Shown here: positions 60,382 through 64,000 of the stretch, piece after piece
Position numbering within the stretch: the first letter of the stretch is position 1
Layout: every line of letters starts with the position of its first letter
Assembly (NCBI GenBank): GCA_030729785.1
Contig: JANQWS010000094.1
Coordinates: 17,984-81,983, forward strand
Direction: 5' to 3'
Length of the DNA: 64,000 bases
Source: Algoriphagus sp.
Lineage (GTDB): Bacteria > Bacteroidota > Bacteroidia > Cytophagales > Cyclobacteriaceae
Notes under the pieces: model-generated
The model's database searches: none
What the model saw: only the letters and a program-made list of their open reading frames with translations
What the model was told of the DNA's origin: nothing
Translations under genes and position numbers: made by a program

Positions 60382-61671
60382 ATGAAAATACTTTTATTAG
60401 GTAGTGGAGGAAGGGAACATGCGTTTGCGTGGAAAATAGTTCAAAGCCCTAAATGCAGTCACCTTTTCGTGGCGCCTGGAAATCCAGGTACGGCCCAAAT
60501 TGCCACCAACATCCCTCTTGGCGTAACTGACTTTGTGGGTCTTCATGATTTCATTTGTAGAGAAGCCATCGAATTGGTCGTAATTGGTCCAGAAGAACCC
60601 TTAGTAAAGGGTTTAGTAGACTACTTACATGTCCAAAAAGGCACGGAAAACATTCCAATTGTTGGCCCCTCCCAACTCGGAGCAACTTTGGAAGGTAGCA
60701 AGGATTTTTCAAAGCAGTTTATGCAGCGAAATGGGGTGCCTACTGCAGCATATGCCACTTTTCATGCAAATCAATTGGAAGAAGGACTCGCTTATTTGGA
60801 ACAACAATCTTTGCCTATTGTACTGAAAGCAGATGGTCTTGCAGCTGGCAAAGGAGTTTTGATTTGTGAAAGTTTGGAAGATGCCAAACTCTCCTTAAAA
60901 GAAATGCTCGTGGATGCAAAATTTGGTGAAGCTTCCTCAAAGGTGGTGGTGGAAGAGTTCTTGACCGGGATTGAACTTTCTCTATTTGTGGCTACGGACG
61001 GAGTGAATTATAAAATTTTACCTGAGGCCAAGGATTACAAGCGAATTGGCGAAGGGGATACAGGATTGAATACAGGGGGAATGGGAGCGGTAAGCCCAAT
61101 ACCATTTGCAGATGCAGCCTTTTTAACGAAGGTAGAAGAGCGCATTGTAAAGCCTACTATTGCCGGTTTAAAAAAGGAAGGAATCGGCTACAAAGGATTC
61201 TTATTTATTGGACTGATGAATACCCAAGGAGATCCCTACGTCATCGAGTACAATGTCCGGATGGGGGATCCAGAAACAGAAGCCGTACTCCCTCGAATTG
61301 AAAGCGATTTTGTAGATTTGTTAGTTGGCATTGCGGAAGGAGATTTGGCTAATTATACCCTAAAAATATCTCCAAAAACATGTACTACTGTAGTCATGGT
61401 CAGTGGAGGATACCCAGAGTCCTATGCCAAAGGTTTTCCAATCATAATTCCTGAAAAAACGATAAACAGTGTTGTTTTCCACGCTGGCACATCTCAAGAT
61501 AAATCAGGCATACTTACAAATCAGGGAGGTAGAGTCCTTGCAATTACTGGAGTAGCAGCTACTTTGGAAGAAGCTTTAGCATCTACCTATGCAACAGTGG
61601 CGGAAATCACTTGGGAAAAGGCCTATTTTAGAAAAGACATAGGTCAAGATATTTTACGATTAAAAAAATAA
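60382..61671 (+). CDS. purD: Phosphoribosylamine-glycine ligase
   Basis: GSGGREHA, KADGLAAGKGV, NTGGMGA, EYNVRMGDPE. Confidence 0.97.
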   Translation: MKILLLGSGGREHAFAWKIVQSPKCSHLFVAPGNPGTAQIATNIPLGVTDFVGLHDFICREAIELVVIGPEEPLVKGLVDYLHVQKGTENIPIVGPSQLGATLEGSKDFSKQFMQRNGVPTAAYATFHANQLEEGLAYLEQQSLPIVLKADGLAAGKGVLICESLEDAKLSLKEMLVDAKFGEASSKVVVEEFLTGIELSLFVATDGVNYKILPEAKDYKRIGEGDTGLNTGGMGAVSPIPFADAAFLTKVEERIVKPTIAGLKKEGIGYKGFLFIGLMNTQGDPYVIEYNVRMGDPETEAVLPRIESDFVDLLVGIAEGDLANYTLKISPKTCTTVVMVSGGYPESYAKGFPIIIPEKTINSVVFHAGTSQDKSGILTNQGGRVLAITGVAATLEEALASTYATVAEITWEKAYFRKDIGQDILRLKK

Positions 61672-61712
61672 CTAAGTAACTAAGGAGGCGTAAGCCCTAT
61701 AGATAAATAAAT

Positions 61713-63146
61713 ATGTCTGGATGTAGTTCATGTGGGACCACTACGAGTGGAACAGGAGGTTGTCAAAATAACGGCTCCTGTGGAACGAGCGATTGCAATA
61801 AAATGAATTCTTTTGATTGGTTGACCCAAATGGGTATACCTCAGCTGGATACCTTTGATATTGTTGAAGTCAAGTTTAAAGGAGGCAGAAAAGAATACTT
61901 TAGAAACGTAGATTACTTGACACTCAATACAGGAGATCCTGTAGTAGTGGATGTTCCAAGTGGGCACCATATTGGCTACATTTCTTTGCAAGGCGAGTTA
62001 GTGCGGCTACAAATGCAAAAGCGAAAAATAAGGAACGACGACTCCATCACCCGGATTTACCGGGTAGCTACTCAGAAGGATATGGAGAAATGGGAGGAGG
62101 CAAAGGCCCGAGAAATCCCTACTTTATACCGCTGTAAGCAAATTGTGGACGAATATGGTCTTAAGATGAAGATGTCTGATGTGGAATTTCAAGCGGACAA
62201 CTCAAAAGCTACTTTTTATTATTCCGCAGAAGATCGGATCGATTTTAGAGAATTGATCAAATCCCTAGCAGGAGAGTTTAAAGTTCGAGTAGAAATGCGT
62301 CAAATCAGCCTTCGCCAGGAGGCAGGTAGATTGGGAGGTATTGGCGTATGCGGAAGAGAGCTGTGCTGCTCCACTTGGTTAGTAGATTTTAAAAATGTGA
62401 CCACTTCGGCGGCAAGGTACCAAAACCTATCGCTTAACCCTGGAAAGCTAAGTGGTCAATGTGGGCGATTAAAATGTTGCCTCAACTACGAGTTGGACAC
62501 CTATATGGAAGCCATCAAAGATATTCCGCAAGTTGATAAGCCTCTATTGACAGAACAGGGTCCCGCTAAGTTGCAAAAAACTGATATTTTTAGAAAATTG
62601 ATGTGGTTTAATTACAATCATGACAACGATTGGATTAGCATCACCTGTGAACGAGTGCGCGAAATTCAAGCATTAAACGAACAAGGCGTAAAGGTATTTA
62701 ATCTTCAAGTGGACCATTCCTCAGCAGTGGAAGACTTGGCTGCTCAAAGCACACGAGAATTGGAATTACTTGATAAGAAATTTTCCAAAAAGAAAAAGAA
62801 AAAGAAGCGGCCTACAGATGGAAATGGGCCTCGCGCGAATCAAAGTCAGGGACCAAGACCTGAAGCAAGAACTCCAAAACCTGCTGAGCAATCTACCTCG
62901 ATGGCTGCTCCAGGCCAAGTGAGACCTGCGGATGGAAATCAAGCTCCTAGACAGGGAGATAAACGCCGTAAAAACAAAAATAGACCACGCCCTAATTCAA
63001 ATCAGGGGCTTGCAACAGGGTCTGCAGCAACAAGTCCCAAAGTGGACTCCCCTACTCCTAAACCAGTTGAAAAGCCTCAGGAAGGGCAGCGGAGATTTCC
63101 ACCACGAATCAATCAAGGCCCCAGTAACAACCAAGGCAATGATTAA
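61713..63146 (+). CDS. ricT: PSP1-domain Fe-S protein RicT/YaaT
   Basis: GGIGVCGRELCCSTW, GQCGRLKCCLNYE, Cys-rich N-terminus, disordered C-terminal tail. Confidence 0.88.
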   Translation: MSGCSSCGTTTSGTGGCQNNGSCGTSDCNKMNSFDWLTQMGIPQLDTFDIVEVKFKGGRKEYFRNVDYLTLNTGDPVVVDVPSGHHIGYISLQGELVRLQMQKRKIRNDDSITRIYRVATQKDMEKWEEAKAREIPTLYRCKQIVDEYGLKMKMSDVEFQADNSKATFYYSAEDRIDFRELIKSLAGEFKVRVEMRQISLRQEAGRLGGIGVCGRELCCSTWLVDFKNVTTSAARYQNLSLNPGKLSGQCGRLKCCLNYELDTYMEAIKDIPQVDKPLLTEQGPAKLQKTDIFRKLMWFNYNHDNDWISITCERVREIQALNEQGVKVFNLQVDHSSAVEDLAAQSTRELELLDKKFSKKKKKKKRPTDGNGPRANQSQGPRPEARTPKPAEQSTSMAAPGQVRPADGNQAPRQGDKRRKNKNRPRPNSNQGLATGSAATSPKVDSPTPKPVEKPQEGQRRFPPRINQGPSNNQGND

Positions 63147-63597
63147 GCGCTTTCAACAGGCACTTCTTGCATTAGTAATGATTCTTAGTTCTTGCAGCAA
63201 GGATCGAATGTTTGAAGAATACCATTCTTTTGGAACCTCTACTTGGGAAGAAAGTGATTCTGTTAAATTTGACCTCTCTTCCGTAGATTCCCTGAAGGGG
63301 AAAGCCATGATTGGGGTACGCTATACTGAAGACTATCCATTTTCAAATTGCTACATCAGGATTATCTGCAGAGATTCTAGCAAGATGGTAGTGGTAGATA
63401 GCTTGTGGAATGTCCCTATTTTTGATACCCAAACAGGGAAACCGATTGGTGATGGATTTGGAAATACCTTTACCACCTACGACACACTATCATTCTCCTT
63501 ACCTGCTCGTACTGAAGAAGTAGTTTTATTACACTATATGCGTCAATCTGAAGTAGCGGGAATTGAAGCGGTAGGTTTTAAAATAATCAAGCCTTAA
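63139..63597 (+). CDS. gldH: Gliding motility lipoprotein GldH
   Basis: Lipobox LSSC, YPFSN, G.P.G.G.G, HYMR, GIEAVG; start at ATG 63139 overlapping the ricT stop. Confidence 0.8.
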   Translation: MIKRFQQALLALVMILSSCSKDRMFEEYHSFGTSTWEESDSVKFDLSSVDSLKGKAMIGVRYTEDYPFSNCYIRIICRDSSKMVVVDSLWNVPIFDTQTGKPIGDGFGNTFTTYDTLSFSLPARTEEVVLLHYMRQSEVAGIEAVGFKIIKP

Positions 63598-63604
63598 TTA
63601 CTTA

Positions 63605-63769
63605 TTCTGATTATCCGCTTTTTCACCAGTAACGGAATAGAATAAGGTTTGTGGTTCAATCGAGAAAGCTGACGTCAATGGGCCGTCGCCTGCCTGCAGA
63701 CCGCGGTCTGTGGATGATCATCCGCAAGTTTTAGTATACCGGCAGGAATACTGTCTTACTTGCGGATAA
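63605..63769 (+). ncRNA. Dispersed structured intergenic element, copy B
   Basis: Homologous to copy A (opposite strand); terminal hairpin ATCCGCAAGT...ACTTGCGGAT with a GGCA (GNRA) loop. Confidence 0.65.
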
Positions 63770-63952
63770 GTATATTATTTATAATTGCCTATTTTTTCAA
63801 CTATAGAAATGAGAAAATTCTAAGGAGTAATTCCGGACGGTAAAAGTATACCTAAGAAAGTATATAGTTTGACAGTCAAGGAATTACTTAGATTTTATAG
63901 AAAGAGGAATTTGTTTATTTCCATGCCCTTGTAAAAATCTTTTCATTTGGCT

Positions 63953-63960
63953 TATATTTG
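63953..63960 (+). promoter_or_regulatory. Bacteroidota -7 promoter element for a gene beyond the window
   Basis: TATATTTG with TTG about 21 nt upstream. Confidence 0.55.
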
Positions 63961-64000
63961 CATCACTTTAGCGGTAGAAAATGATTTCTGTTTACCCTAA

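Noticed and set aside
62932-63138. 69-codon N-terminal extension of gldH
   Set aside because: It overlaps ricT. The lipoprotein signal begins at ATG 63139.

Overview
Core-genome window from a Bacteroidota bacterium, most likely Cytophagales/Cyclobacteriaceae (Algoriphagus-like). This is inferred from the gldH, T9SS-plug, GWxTD and DUF3276 genes and from TAnnTTTG-type promoters. It holds about 60 tightly packed CDSs, mostly housekeeping (aconitase, ychF, hslV, PDH E2, fabH, msrAB, recQ, purD, rlmB, manC, kdsD). I found no rRNA, tRNA, transposase, integrase or CRISPR array. Most interesting signals: (1) a stand-alone Cas6-like RAMP gene after ychF with no other cas gene or array in the window; (2) three dispersed homologous copies of a 90-165 nt structured intergenic element (43028-43158, 53112-53203, 63605-63769), two of which share a 28-nt identical block; (3) a sulfur-oxyanion cluster (TsdA-like diheme cytochrome, two paralogous porins, two YeeE/YedE proteins, PDO-rhodanese fusion, thioredoxin) whose four promoters each carry a GTGAC-N4-GTCAC-type palindrome 22-23 bp upstream of the -7 box; (4) a cold-adaptation operon with a long structured leader and a possible ATT start codon; (5) two small ORFs missed by the ORF track. 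All family assignments come from motif recognition, not database searches.
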